Shown here one piece after another: positions 13,241-39,261 of a stretch of 64,000 bases of DNA; position 1 is the first letter of the stretch, and every line of letters starts with the position of its first letter. The DNA comes from Auanema rhodensis (Eukaryota; Animalia; Nematoda). Both the position numbers and the translations under genes were made by a program. The stretch is from the NCBI GenBank assembly GCA_964057225.1, contig OZ059895.1:16926001-16990000 (forward strand). The letters are read 5' to 3'. Under the pieces are notes generated by a model. The model saw only the letters and a program-made list of their open reading frames with translations. It was not told the DNA's origin and did not search any database.

Positions 13241-16009
13241 TCAGTGATATCACATCGTCCGTCATGTCTTTATCTGTGTTCAACGTTGTCTTTGAGTATT
13301 ATTCGTCCAAACGTATTACCAAAAATGCTTTAATCCCTCTGTTCACCATATACTATGTGTTCATTCTTAGATTATATATATATATTTATGTATATATTAT
13401 GTGGTTTGTCATATTCTTCTTCTATTTAATACTAATTAATTAATTATTAATTATATGTTTTATATATATATATATAACATTTTGAAAAACAACAACAAAA
13501 TATAATCAAAATAAATTAAAAAAAAAAAGAATTTTTAAAACAAATCGAAAAGTTTCGATGCAAGTGCTGCTAAATTGAGCATAAACTTGGCTATTTACAG
13601 GAGAATATAGTTGCGCTCGGGTTGAACTCCGTCTTCGCCGTGAGTACAGGTAAAGTATACTGTATAATCTGATATTTAATAAATATTAAATAATATTTAT
13701 TTTAACTATACTATACTATATATGTAGTTCTTTAACAATTATAATTATTACAGTTACTACCTCATCCAGTTATATGTTCCTTGTATTATGCTTGTCGTCG
13801 TTTCATGGGTCTCTTTCTGGTTAGATAAGGTATGCTCATTTCAAGTTTTCAAATGTTATAATAACTAAGTTGAAGATAAATTTCAAAAATATCAAATATG
13901 AAATAAAGATTTCTTGAAATTAAAAAAAAATCATAAGCGAGCTCATGCACAACCGTCCACGTAAATGAAAAATAAATAAAAAATGAATAGCTTATCTGAA
14001 GAGAATTTCACGTAAGTTTTCACGTGAAATATGCAAAAATTCCGTCAATTTTCATAGTATTTCTTCTAGCTTATTCGTGTTTAGGATGCAGTACCAGCTC
14101 GGGTATCATTAGGAGTAACAACACTTCTGACGATGACAACTCAAGCTAGCGGTATTAATTCAAAACTTCCACCTGTATCATATATCAAAGTATGTTTAAC
14201 TTATATTATTATTATTATTATTATAATAAAATAATTTGTAATTGTTTTTTCAGGCTGTTGATGTTTGGATTGGAGTATGTTTAGCGTTTATCTTTGGCGC
14301 ATTACTTGAATATGCTATTGTTAACTATTATGGACGTAAAGAATTTTTACGAAAGGTAATAATAAACTATATATATATATATCCGTATATGATATAGTTT
14401 TTATAAATAATTGGTCAAAAATCAGAAAAAGAATAAAAGGTATACTATATATATAGATAAAGGATTCTATAGAAGTATAGGATAGTGGGATGAGAAAGGG
14501 GTAGAAGAGCAACTACGGCTTTCCACGGAAAAGCTAATCGTAAAAGGCTACGAGAACAAACTGATGGACAGCTAATAGTTGAGAGGATTTGAAAAAAAAA
14601 CCAAAGACGAACAAGAAAAATAAGATAGATAAACACAAACTATATAGTATATAGTATATATATATAGTAATAATCTTCAAAATATATTATAATAAACTAA
14701 TCATATAGTTTGAGAATCACATACTATACATGCATATGTAGTGGAATAAAGTGCAAATAGAAGATTAGAAAATATATAGAAATGAAGAGAGAATCATGCT
14801 AACTATTCACATAATTTAAAATGAAAATATCAACGAATCAGACAATAACAATGCAAAATTAGATCAAATGTACTTACTGATCTTTTCTATCAGCTTCTGA
14901 AAGTTTTCAAGAAAAGTAGTCAAAATAAGATAATTTAAAGATATTCAGATGATGTTCTTCTTCAAATAATTTCAAATTTTTAGGAAAAAAATAAGAAAAC
15001 AAGAATTGATGATTGTATATGTCCTTCTGATCGACCACAACTTCGGTTAGATCTATCAAACTATCGTCGTAAAGGATTTCCGATGTGGAATAGGTGAGCT
15101 AACTTTCAAAAGTTCTAAGATGCTTATACCTGATCCTCAAACTTTTATTTTCTGATTAAACTCAAACTGGTTTACATGAGCAAAGCAGAATACAAGCTCA
15201 TACTCTAAACGAACATTGAGATAAATCATGTTCGAGCTCAAAAATCATAAAAATGAGTTGATTCATCTTCTTTTCAATATTATATACCTTCTTCATTCAT
15301 TAAATAAGTAATATAAATCTTAGAAATCATAGCAAGCTCACCAACTTGGCTCACATCCAAAGTTGGCTCTTTTTCTCTCCGTTTGATTTTATGTTTATTT
15401 CTAAAAAATAATATATACGAACAACAATTTCTTTATGATAAACCATTAAATTTAAATTATTCTCTCTCCCTCTCTTTCTCTTTCTCTCTCTTCCTCTCTA
15501 TTTTACTGTATATCTATATACTATGTATATGGTTTCTAAAAATCTCCCTCATACTCATAACCCGTCGCATGCCATACACCAACTCCACTAGTGCCCTCCA
15601 CCCTCTCTTTCAACTTCCCCTCTGTCCTATCTCTCTCTCTCCCTCTCTCTCTTTGTCTCTCTTTTGATTCTATTAGATACTCTATTCATTGCTTATTCCC
15701 TTTCCATTCGATTTCTTCAGTTTTATTTTATTTATTGTTCTATTTCAGATTAATGAACCTAATAGGTCAAAATGCTGATTTGTCAAGACGAGTTGATTTA
15801 TGCTCGAGGCTGACATTTCCAACTTTCTTTACCTGTTTCCTAAGTAAGTTCAACATATTATATATTCATAAAAATTGTTTTCCCTTGCTTTTTTCTTGAA
15901 GAAAATAGGAAAAAGAACAATGCCCACATAACACTTGAATATATCCTATATTGCAGTTTACTATTACTATTTCTATGTGCTGGGCTCTGAGCTACGCTTG
16001 AAACACTGA
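4829..16009 (+). CDS. avr-14: Glutamate-gated chloride channel alpha-3 subunit, isoform B (AVR-14B), 13 coding exons, ~435 aa
   Basis: The same six shared exons spliced (phase 1) to 13601-13649, 13754-13829, 14085-14189, 14254-14355, 14984-15093, 15749-15843, 15957-16009 (1308 nt, in frame). Encodes [75 protein letters not shown] and DLSRRVDL, typical of AVR-14B. Confidence 0.95.
6555..6628. repeat. (CT)n microsatellite in avr-14 intron 1
   Basis: Perfect CT dinucleotide run of ~74 nt. Confidence 0.95.
12881..13010. repeat. (AG)n microsatellite, interrupted, in the last avr-14A intron
   Basis: ~130 nt GA-repeat with AA/AC interruptions. Confidence 0.95.
13510..13515 (+). terminator. Candidate poly(A) signal of the avr-14A transcript
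   Basis: AATAAA 270 nt after the A-isoform stop and ~85 nt before the B-module acceptor (13600), followed by an A-run. Confidence 0.5.
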
Positions 16010-17922
16010 GACACATATCATCGTTTATTCTTCCTTATTCAAACTTTTTGTTTCTTCATCGTCATCTTCTCCCTTTTGAACAAAAAAAAAGAAGAGAAAG
16101 GAAAGACAAAGCGACATATGACAATGACGACAAGCTACAACATCCTCTTAATCCTTATCATCATCCGGAGCAGCAGCAGCAGCAAAAGCAAAAGCAAAAG
16201 CAGCAGTAACCGTAAAGATTAACAGCAAAAGCAGGAACCTTATCTTATGTTCTGAAATGATATTAGATGAAGAAGAGACAATGACGAGATATGGACAGAA
16301 GACGTTGAAATCAGATGAAATATAGCATTGCATTAATGTTTTTTTTACATTATTATCATCATCATCATCATCATTATCATCATCATATTCTTTTTTTTTT
16401 TTATATTTTTTTATTAAAAGGAATATATAGATATAGATATAACTATATATATATAGTAAATAATTGCTCATACAAGGTTTGAAACTTATATAATTCATTA
16501 TAACTATATGGTCATAATAATTAACATAAATTATGTTTTGTTTTGCCTTAATAGCTTTACTATGCATGATGAAGATGTATACTTGCTTCCTCATCTCATT
16601 CTCCAACAACCTTGCTGCTGTCCTCCATCCATCCATCCATCCATCCATTCACCATACCATATACTCTTACTCTTCATCACCTTATATTTCTCCTGCTAAA
16701 CATCACTCATTATCTTTCCCTTCCTCTCTCTCACTCCCTCCCTCCCTCCCTGTTTTCATGACATCTTATGTATATTCGATTCTGACTACCCTCAACCGTC
16801 CTGTCCCCCACCCCTGTTTTCTTGCTTTTTTCTTCTTCAACACCGTCGTAATTAAGCCACAACGTTTGCTCTTTAGGTACATAGCTGATTCTTGATGATT
16901 ACAGCCAATTGCTGAAGCTCAGACGCTTGTAGCCATCTCTCTATATCTGTCTTCGCATTACATCTGAAATCCATCTTCATTCTCGAGCTTGTACACTTCA
17001 ACCATGAGTACTGTAACCATTTTTGTAAATCAGCAATTCCTTATCTGACTGGCTCTTACCACTTCTCAAGCATGATTATTTCTGTTTTAATGTTTTTTCC
17101 TTTTATTCCCTCAATTCTTCCCTTCTTCATATTCGTCTAATCCAATTATTAGTTTAACAACACAAGTGTGATATTTAGATAAACAGATTGTTTACAAACA
17201 ATATTAAACCTGTTTAAATAAAGAAAACAAAAGAAAATCGTAAATTACCAATTGCATAAGAGAATGAAGGTAATACTTATGAAATCTCTCTCATTGCTTG
17301 CTCCTACTCTGAAAGTTTGTGTTCTTCCTCAGCGCAAATCTTCTCCATCATGTTCCATCTGTTCTGACTTCACCCTCCCTCCCTCCCCCCTTTTCCTCCA
17401 TACATTTATGTTTCAACTTAATTCTTTATAAATATTAATATATTAATATATAAAAGTATTTAATTATACAATTGTTTTTACAATCGAAATGCAACATATA
17501 CATATAGTTATGGAAATATATTTATATATAAGCATAAATAATATAGTTTCAACACACAGAAAGCCGGTTTAGCTACCATATCACATCAAAATCAAACAAA
17601 TTATTTTCAATCTGTGTCTTCTCTCCAGAATACTTAGCACAGCATCATCCAGCTTCAACTGAAGATGTAACAGCCGTTTAGCCAATACAACCATTCAGGC
17701 TTATTTGGTAAGATGAAAAATATGATTTTTGCTATGTCAAAATATGAAAATGAGGAAAAAAACTTTTTTTCTTTCAAAAAAAAAAAAAAAAAAAGAAGAA
17801 GAAAATTCAAAAATATACAAATACATGGAGTATATGTAGCATATCAATATAATCAAATTTTATATTCTATAGTATGAATATTAGTACCAGTAGTATCAAC
17901 ATCAGCTTCATCAACATATTCT

Positions 17923-17980
<58 letters not shown>

Positions 17981-20900
17981 CCTATGTTTGATGTGTCTTC
18001 TTCTCCATCTTCTTCCTTCTTCTACATCTTTGCCATATATGTATATCTACTACTCTAACTAACTACCTCACAAAACATTTTTGTTGAACTAAATGTCAAA
18101 TCTTTAAAGCCAAATTTTCAATGCTATTTTAATATTAAAATTCTTCTTTACTATACTATATATAGTAAATATTTTATTTTGTTGTTTTGTTGTCATTTCC
18201 TTTATTTTGTTGTCAGTCAGCACTGTTCATTATCCTGTTTAATCTATAATGTATGTATGTTCGTATGGATTATATATACATTTTTGCATAATTATTAAAA
18301 TATTATTATTATTATTTTTTTAAATATATTAATTATAAATATAAATATAAATATATATATATATATGTGTGTGAACATGAATGTATATAGTATATTACTA
18401 GTTATTTATACAATATGAATATGACATATTCTATCAAAACTTATCCTTCACTTTGTTCTGTTTATTTGTTTGTTTGTTTGTTTTTTTAACCAAAAGATGA
18501 CATTTGTCTGCATTGTCTGAATCATAATGTTATGCTAATCCTCGCTATTCGGTGATGACGTGTAAACTAACGTGAAACGTGTATTTTCTTTATTTTTACT
18601 TCAAAATAATTATTTAATTATATGTTATGAAATAATAAATTGAACGGTTGTACTATTTTTTTATTTTTATTTTATTAATTTCATTTAAATATTAGAAAAA
18701 TAGTTTTAAAAATTATATTATATACATATGTATGTGTATATAGTTATAAAAATATCAATATATATGTATATGCATATATGTATAGAGAGAAAGAGAGACA
18801 GAGAGACAGAGAGAGACAGAGAAACACACAGAAAGAATAGAATTTTTTACCTTTATAAATTAGTCAAGCGTTAAAACTACCAGACTCCACATTCTAGATG
18901 ACTATTTGCTGGCTGCTCAGCTGCAGCCTTGACTGACGATCACGATGATCACGATGATGACAACGACGACGAGCACAACTGGCTGCTCGGATCTGCTCTG
19001 AGCTAGCCTGATAGCTCAGCATCATGTATCCACATACGTGATACATTTCTTGAAATCCAAACAAAAACTGAGATAAAAACAACAAAATACAAGAGAGAGA
19101 GAGAGAGAGAGTGGGGGGGAGGGGATTAAGAGAGAGGAAAGGAGGGACAGAAAAAAACATTTGGAAATGCGTAAAGAAAGGTTTTCTTCCGCCAGCTTGC
19201 TGATGAAGCTATTCATGAGAAACATGAGCAAAAGTTCACGGGCGGAATGAGATTGCTGAGCAGGCAAAAACTGTGTCAGTAAGGACACACTATGTAGTAT
19301 ATGCTTGAATATGACCCCGTAAATCAAGTATTTTGAACCTGATGAGAGAGCAGCTATGCTTAAAGATACTTTTAATTGTATGAACATCAAAGAAGCACAA
19401 TTCATTGAATTCACATGGCTAAGCCCTTTCTTTCAACAATTTTTAAAATAAAAATGAAATAACCGAATGAAAAGAACAAATTAAGGAACAAATCATCACA
19501 ATTACTTACAAACTACAATCTGAAATGCTTAATATGCATAACGGACAGGATTCTTGTTTGATTTCTTTTTCAAAAAATTAATGATTTTAATCTGTTGAGC
19601 AGTAATTTATGATCATTTTAATTAAAACTTTAAATAGAAATATATAACAACAGTAGTCGTACTTTCAAAAATTGAAAGACTTCTGAGAGGAAGAGGGAGG
19701 GAGAGAAAGAGTGAAGAACTTTTTCTTTTTCCTCTCCTTTTCAGCTGTTATTTATGCTTTTTTTCAACATATATGTAGATTATACTATATCTAACTATGT
19801 GAAAGTGTGTATATCCGTGTCATAAAGCCAGAAATAGAAGCCAATGACTTTCATTTTAGATTATCATCTCAGTTACAGCTTCGTTAGAACTTAGTTGGCT
19901 TGATAGACAAGATGAAGGATTCTCAGAACGACTTGACAATCATTTAACAAAAAAAATTGGCCAACAAGGTTTTGTGTGCAAGGGTTTCGTTCGTTAAAAC
20001 GTCAAACGACAACCTCTTCGTTTGCGCCACACATACATACATACATACACACACACCTACATACATTGAAGAGATGAACATTGACTTTTCAAGCTTTCAC
20101 TTTGAGTCAGAATATGCTCAAAGCAGTAGCATGAAGTAGAAGAAGAAACGAGAACGAAAAAGAAGAAGAAGAAGACGACGACGACGGCAACGACCGCGAA
20201 GATAACCAACCTAATCTTTCGTCTTCTTTTATTTTATTAATTGCCAACCTGGCCTGATCTAGCGATCATTATATCATTAACCATATAACCTTACCTGATT
20301 ATCAGGCAAACGTTACCGTAACACATACAGTATGCTACAGTATTTGAATACAAACAGTAATTCAAATTGGATCGGGAGGGCATGATAGCAAAGAAATCGT
20401 TATTTTCATAGTCAAGCGTGTATTTTTATTTTTTTTTTTTTGAAAAATAAATATTAATTATTAATTTTAATGAAAATTTATGTTAATATTTTTTTATTTT
20501 TAGCTTAAAAACAGACATATTTTAATGTTATTTTTACATATAAAAGGATATTAGTATTCATATACCTTATGTTTCTTCATTATGAATTTAAACATCAAAA
20601 CATATCCCTATAAACGTACAATGAAACTTTCTTTCTGTTTTGGTTTCAAATTTTTTGAAAATAAATAAAAGCTCAATATATGAAGTACGGACCATTTTTC
20701 TAGCTCATTTTCCATTTGTCTTTACATATCTCTGCTTGCTTCATCCCCCTTTTTTCTCTCTTTCTTTCTCTCTTTCAATCTTCTTGTCAAGGATTTCTCT
20801 CTGTTTTTCCCTCTCTCTCTCTTTCTCTCTCCCTCTCTCTCTCTTTTTCTCTCTTCATATGAGCTAACACTGGATTTAAATGGATGAAAGAATTTAAAAG

Positions 20901-21049
20901 ATTATGAGGATGTGTGCCAGTGACCTGCTGTTTATAATTATTTGTCTCCATTGTTTTTCGCCTTTTTTTTACGTATTCATTTCAAAAAACCTGTCTACCA
21001 CTAGTATTACTGGTGCTTGCTGTCCTCAATGGTAGTAGCGTGAACAAAG

Positions 21050-21088
<39 letters not shown>

Positions 21089-21462
21089 AAGGGGAGACAG
21101 AGAAAAGAGGAGGAGAGGAAGAGGAGGATGTTGAAGGTAAGACGTATATAAGAGCAGAAAAAAAAGAATAAAGGTATGAAGAAAACAAGATTCTGGTTGA
21201 GTTAAAAAGATGAAAAGCAGTTGAAAAAACGGAGAATAGACCTGTTTTCATAGTTGGGAATCAGCCAGAGATGGCAGGAAGAGAGATTGAGAGAGAGAGT
21301 TAAAGGTTTAACTTTTTCTTGGAAGTTAAGTTAGAATAGATACTAGAGAGGCTGAGAAAGGCTTGTTTGTGATGATCAGTATACAACAAAGACAATTCTT
21401 CTGCTCTTTGAATAAGCGAGCATAGTCTAAGTAAAGAAAGAAAAAAGGAAAATTCATGTAAT

Positions 21463-21515
<53 letters not shown>

Positions 21516-21862
21516 CATAAAAGCATAAAAGCTGAGTGATGAAAAGGGCATGAGGATAAAGATAAAGTACGTAACGAGGTGAGAATAGCCCCGAAAATGA
21601 TGAAGACGGATCAACCGGTTATGCAAGCTACATAAAGGAAAAATAAAAATATGACAAAGTAAGTACACGTGATGTACGTGATGTAAGAAAGATGAATAAA
21701 TTACTTTTTTCAAATATTTTCGATCAAACGAATCACGTGCTATATCTTGTTGTGTTGTTATGTATGTATATGCTATATGTTGGTTAACTATCAATTCAGA
21801 GTGCAATACCCTCAATATTTGATAGGAAAAGTGAATAAAAATTCTTGTCAGCATCATTATAG

Positions 21863-21900
<38 letters not shown>

Positions 21901-23796
21901 TGGGTGATGCATGAGCATGTCCTATTAGGTGAGCTGATCTTTGTTGTAAATTAGTATATTATGTTGTTGAAAGATTGATTTGTTGATGATGATAATGATG
22001 CTACTACTACTTCTTCAACTTCTTATGATGATGGCACTCGTTTCAGAATCCTACAGGCATAATCAACTGATTATCTGCAGTATTCCTTCACTTTGCGACT
22101 ACATGCCCTTTGATGCTACTATGTTTGGCCATGCTTGGATGAGAATATGTGATCATGTGTGTATGTGTGTGTGTGTGTGGGTATTCCAATGTTAATGGTC
22201 CTGAGATTATTTGCGAGAATGATGTTCTTCTGATTTATGCCCATTTTCAAAGTCGAAATGAAGAATTTTGATTGAATTTTTCGAATTTTTTCCGTTTTCT
22301 CTTCTTCTCTTCATCGTCGGGATGCTAGTAGTGCCATTTGGAGCCAGTATAAAATTCATAAAGAGAGAACGAAATAGAGAGGGACTGAAAGAGAGAGGGA
22401 GGAAGGGAGAGAGAGGCGAAGGGAGGGAGAGAGGAAAGTGTTGAGAGCGGGGAAAAGGAAGAGAGTGAGAGGAGGAGAGAAGGAGAGAAGGAGGGAGAGA
22501 GGGAAAAATTGAGAGAGGGAGGGAGGCAGAGAGGGAGGGAAAGAGGGAAGGAAAGAGGGAGGAGTAGTGGGTGAGTGAAGGAACGGGAAGAAACAATGGC
22601 GATGGAAAGTATTTTGCGAACATGATGATGAGGATGATGATGATGAAGACATCGTGAAAACGAGAGGAAAGATGGCCTATTTTCTAGAATTCTGACGGAT
22701 TTGTGTCTGTAGATTAGCTATGCTTATCTGTGTTGTTGAGTTAGTTGTTGGGAGAGACGGGTTGACTAGATAGGGAAAGACGCCGAGAAGGAGAAAGAAA
22801 GACGAGAGATAGAGAGAGAAAGAGAGAGAGGGAGAAGACAGTAGAGAGGAAAGGAGTACCCTGAGGCCTTTAGCTAGTATTATGGATGATAGAGAAGCAG
22901 AGATAGAGTTGGGAGATAATTGCAGAAGAGACGTAGTGTAGCTATTGGTCAGAAGACAAGGAAGATGTGAGTGTGCCTGAGAAGGATGGCAAGAGTTAGG
23001 TCTTGATGAAGATGGAGAAAAGAGAACGAGAGAAAGCCAGGCTGCCAGATCTATAGAGACGGCAGAGAAGCAAAGAATGGGAGAGATACTAAATGGCAGG
23101 CCACAGCTGAATCAAGCCTAAGAAGAGAAAGATACAGCTACCCTAGAGAGCGTGTGTAAAAGGGAGACAGAGACTGAGGGACGTTTGGGTCCCCTGGCCA
23201 TGGTCGTCGTCATTTTCATCGTGTCCCTCCTGCATCCGATCGACGACTCTGCTTCTCTGGACGCTGATAGCCTGAGGGCACGGAGAGGAGAGCGCACGTT
23301 TGGTCGACTGCGGACGGCGAAGCGATAGCAGCAGCCGAGGGCCAGCCCCAACAGCAGCAGCAGCAGCCCCCAGTCAGCTGCAGCCACAGCAAGCAGCAAG
23401 CAGCGCCAGCCTGACGACGACGACGACGTCGACAACGACGATTCGCAGTTCAGGAGATCGTCTCTCCCGTTCTTCAACGACGTTGACGACGCAGTGGTCT
23501 CTGTCTTGCTTCCTCGAATCAGCACCTATATTTAGACGTGGATTCCGAGCTTCTCGACGTAGGTTGCAGTAACCACTACGACCTCACGATATCCATTGTC
23601 ACATCACCCCTCTTCACCACCCCACAACGACGTCTAAAATAAGTATTTACGATTCACTAGGCTACTACATCTATATTACTAGTAGTTTTTTGTATTCTCT
23701 GCGGCAATCACAGGACTCTGAGCTGTCTATACTCGTATTCTAACGCAAAATCAGAAGAAGAAGCTGAAGCAGTCGGTGAGCTGACGACGCAGATCG

Positions 23797-37418
<13,622 letters not shown>

Positions 37419-37503
37419 TTTCACTTGTATTGACTCAACGTGATCATTTCTATCTATATTAATAAAACAGATTTATATCCGTTTTTAACAAACAACAAGA
37501 AAT

Positions 37504-38166
37504 TTATGGACGGGGTCCAGCGGCTCCTGGGCGGGCTTGGGCGCTGCGCTGGCCAAATCTTGGGGGTGGTTGACGATCCTTACGGGCATCACGAGATCTG
37601 TTACGGACGACCTTGCTGTGGATGGCGCAAGCAACGCAGTAGTGAAGCTTATGGTAGAGCTTGGGGAGAACGTACTCTGAAAAAAAATAAATATATAAAT
37701 TTATATATAATGAAATAAGAATGAAATTTCTAAAGATCAAGAATAGAACAGCAAGCTTAAGCTCAAGACCAAGAACAAAATGTAGCAAGCTTTCGAGTTC
37801 ATGACCAAGAATAGAACATAGCAAGCTCAATCTTAAGATCGAGAATAGAACATGGCAAGCTCAAAGAAAAAGTTTTCAAGGCATAGAAACTTGCCTGTAA
37901 ATTTTAAGATGAATCTTCCGAATAAGCAAGTAATACTTGATTCATCGCAAAGAAAAGAAAGTAATTAATGAAAGAAAAGACTCACGGGTGTAAGCAGAAG
38001 CATCTCCGATATCTCTGACGGCAGCAGCCTCAACGATGTTTCTAACAACGAATTTCTTGATGGCCTTATCCTTAGGGCAGCATCTTCCGCAGTTGGTGCA
38101 GCGGATAAAGCGGACGTGTCCGCGGTTCTTCTTGTTTCTTCCGTGATTCCTGCGCTTGACAGTCAT
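37504..38166 (-). CDS. rps-26: 40S ribosomal protein S26 (eS26), 2 coding exons
   Basis: Exons 38166-37986 and 37676-37504 give [39 protein letters not shown]...[30 protein letters not shown]...PGAAGPRP*. A ttcag acceptor (likely trans-splice site) lies 7 nt upstream of the ATG. Confidence 0.98.
37733..37864. repeat. Degenerate ~34-bp tandem minisatellite (4 copies) in the rps-26 intron
   Basis: Units: aagatcaagaatagaaca--gcaagcttaagctc / aagaccaagaacaaaatgtagcaagctttcgagttc / atgaccaagaatagaacatagcaagctcaatctt / aagatcgagaatagaacatggcaagctcaa. Confidence 0.85.
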
Positions 38167-38473
38167 GGTAACCCTGAAGCACAAAAAAATTAAATAAAAT
38201 ATTTCCAAAAAAAGCAATAAAAACGCGTGGAAACTTTCAAATGTAAGTTACAAATTTAAAATAGTTCGATTATTAAAAAAATTACGATTAACAATACACT
38301 AATATAGTTAAAGAATGCAAAATATCAAAGGAAAATACAAAAACATAAATTGGATTTTTAGGACTTTGACAGAATTCATTGGAAAAATAAAGGACTGAAA
38401 GACTTCTAACACTGCTTTGACATCGTGTCAGGACCTATTGGCGCTCTCATACTAAATTTCGCATTGGGGCGCG

Positions 38474-38502
38474 GTTGCTATTACAAACGTTGGCATGACA
38501 AC
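38474..38502 (+). promoter_or_regulatory. Tandem X-box-like (RFX/DAF-19) sites upstream of tmem-107
   Basis: GTTGCT-ATT-ACAAAC (38474-38488) is directly followed by GTTGGC-AT-GACAAC (38489-38502; one mismatch to GTHNYY-AT-RRNAAC). The second site ends 46 bp before the ATG of a ciliary transition-zone gene. Confidence 0.75.
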
Positions 38503-38547
38503 GAGGCTTTCCTCGGGGTATTAAGGTGAAATATGTAAATAATAACA

Positions 38548-38994
38548 ATGATTGACACTCTATCAGCAACATTTATTTGTTTATCAGCCCATAGTCTTCT
38601 ATTATTTATCACATTGTTTGACAAGGTGGCTTCATCTTAAAATTTAAATGAAAATTCAAATTTTTTTCAGGAAGATATATTACTGGCTTCACTGCCGGTT
38701 AAAATGAATTCTATATCTGAAGAATCAAGAGTTGGATTCACGGTACATCTCATAGTTGGATTGTCATTAAATATTATTGAATTTTGTTACATGCTACGAA
38801 GAATGCCGTCACCAGGATCAGCAATTTTCTCAGTTTTTACACATACATTGTCATGTTTGTTTCTATTGAAATTTATTGTTGATTCACATCCAACTACGGA
38901 ATTTTGGTGGATCTTTGCCATTCTGTCATGTCCTAATTTTCTTCTCAGTACCATAAGCATGATATCATCATTAAAAGGTCAAAAAATTCAATAA
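38548..38994 (+). CDS. tmem-107: Transmembrane protein 107, ciliary transition-zone protein, 2 exons, 133 aa
   Basis: Exons 38548-38625 and 38671-38994 (45-nt GT-AG intron) give MIDTLSATFICLSAHSLLLFITLFDK|EDILLASLP...LIVGLSLNIIEF...AIFSVFTHTLSCLFLLKFIVDSHPTTEFWWIFAILSCP. Four TM segments whose pattern matches recalled human TMEM107 (FLTLLAH...ACLP...VE...AH...YWYIF). The X-box and the position beside rps-26 and dnj-12 fit C. elegans F39B2.9. Confidence 0.88.
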
Positions 38995-39261
38995 ATCTTA
39001 AGAAAGCTCGTCTCACAACACATTCATTGAGGATATTTTTTAAAAACTGAGAAAAGATCATCATCAAAAAATAAAGCCACACAGTCCGCAAAACTGGTGG
39101 ATCTCGAAAATTAATAATAACAGGTAAAAACTAATATCTGCATCTCTATAGCAGTGCATACAACATAGTTTCCGATGAGTGAATTGAATCATGAGCTTAC
39201 TATATTAACAAAAAAATTCAAAAAAAAAAGAAGAAAATTAACAGTTTACATGATTTGAACT

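Noticed and set aside
23118-23572. GC-rich overlapping ORFs upstream of the GPCR
   Set aside because: Built from (GCA)n/(GAC)n repeats with no homology I can recognise; more likely promoter or 5' leader sequence.
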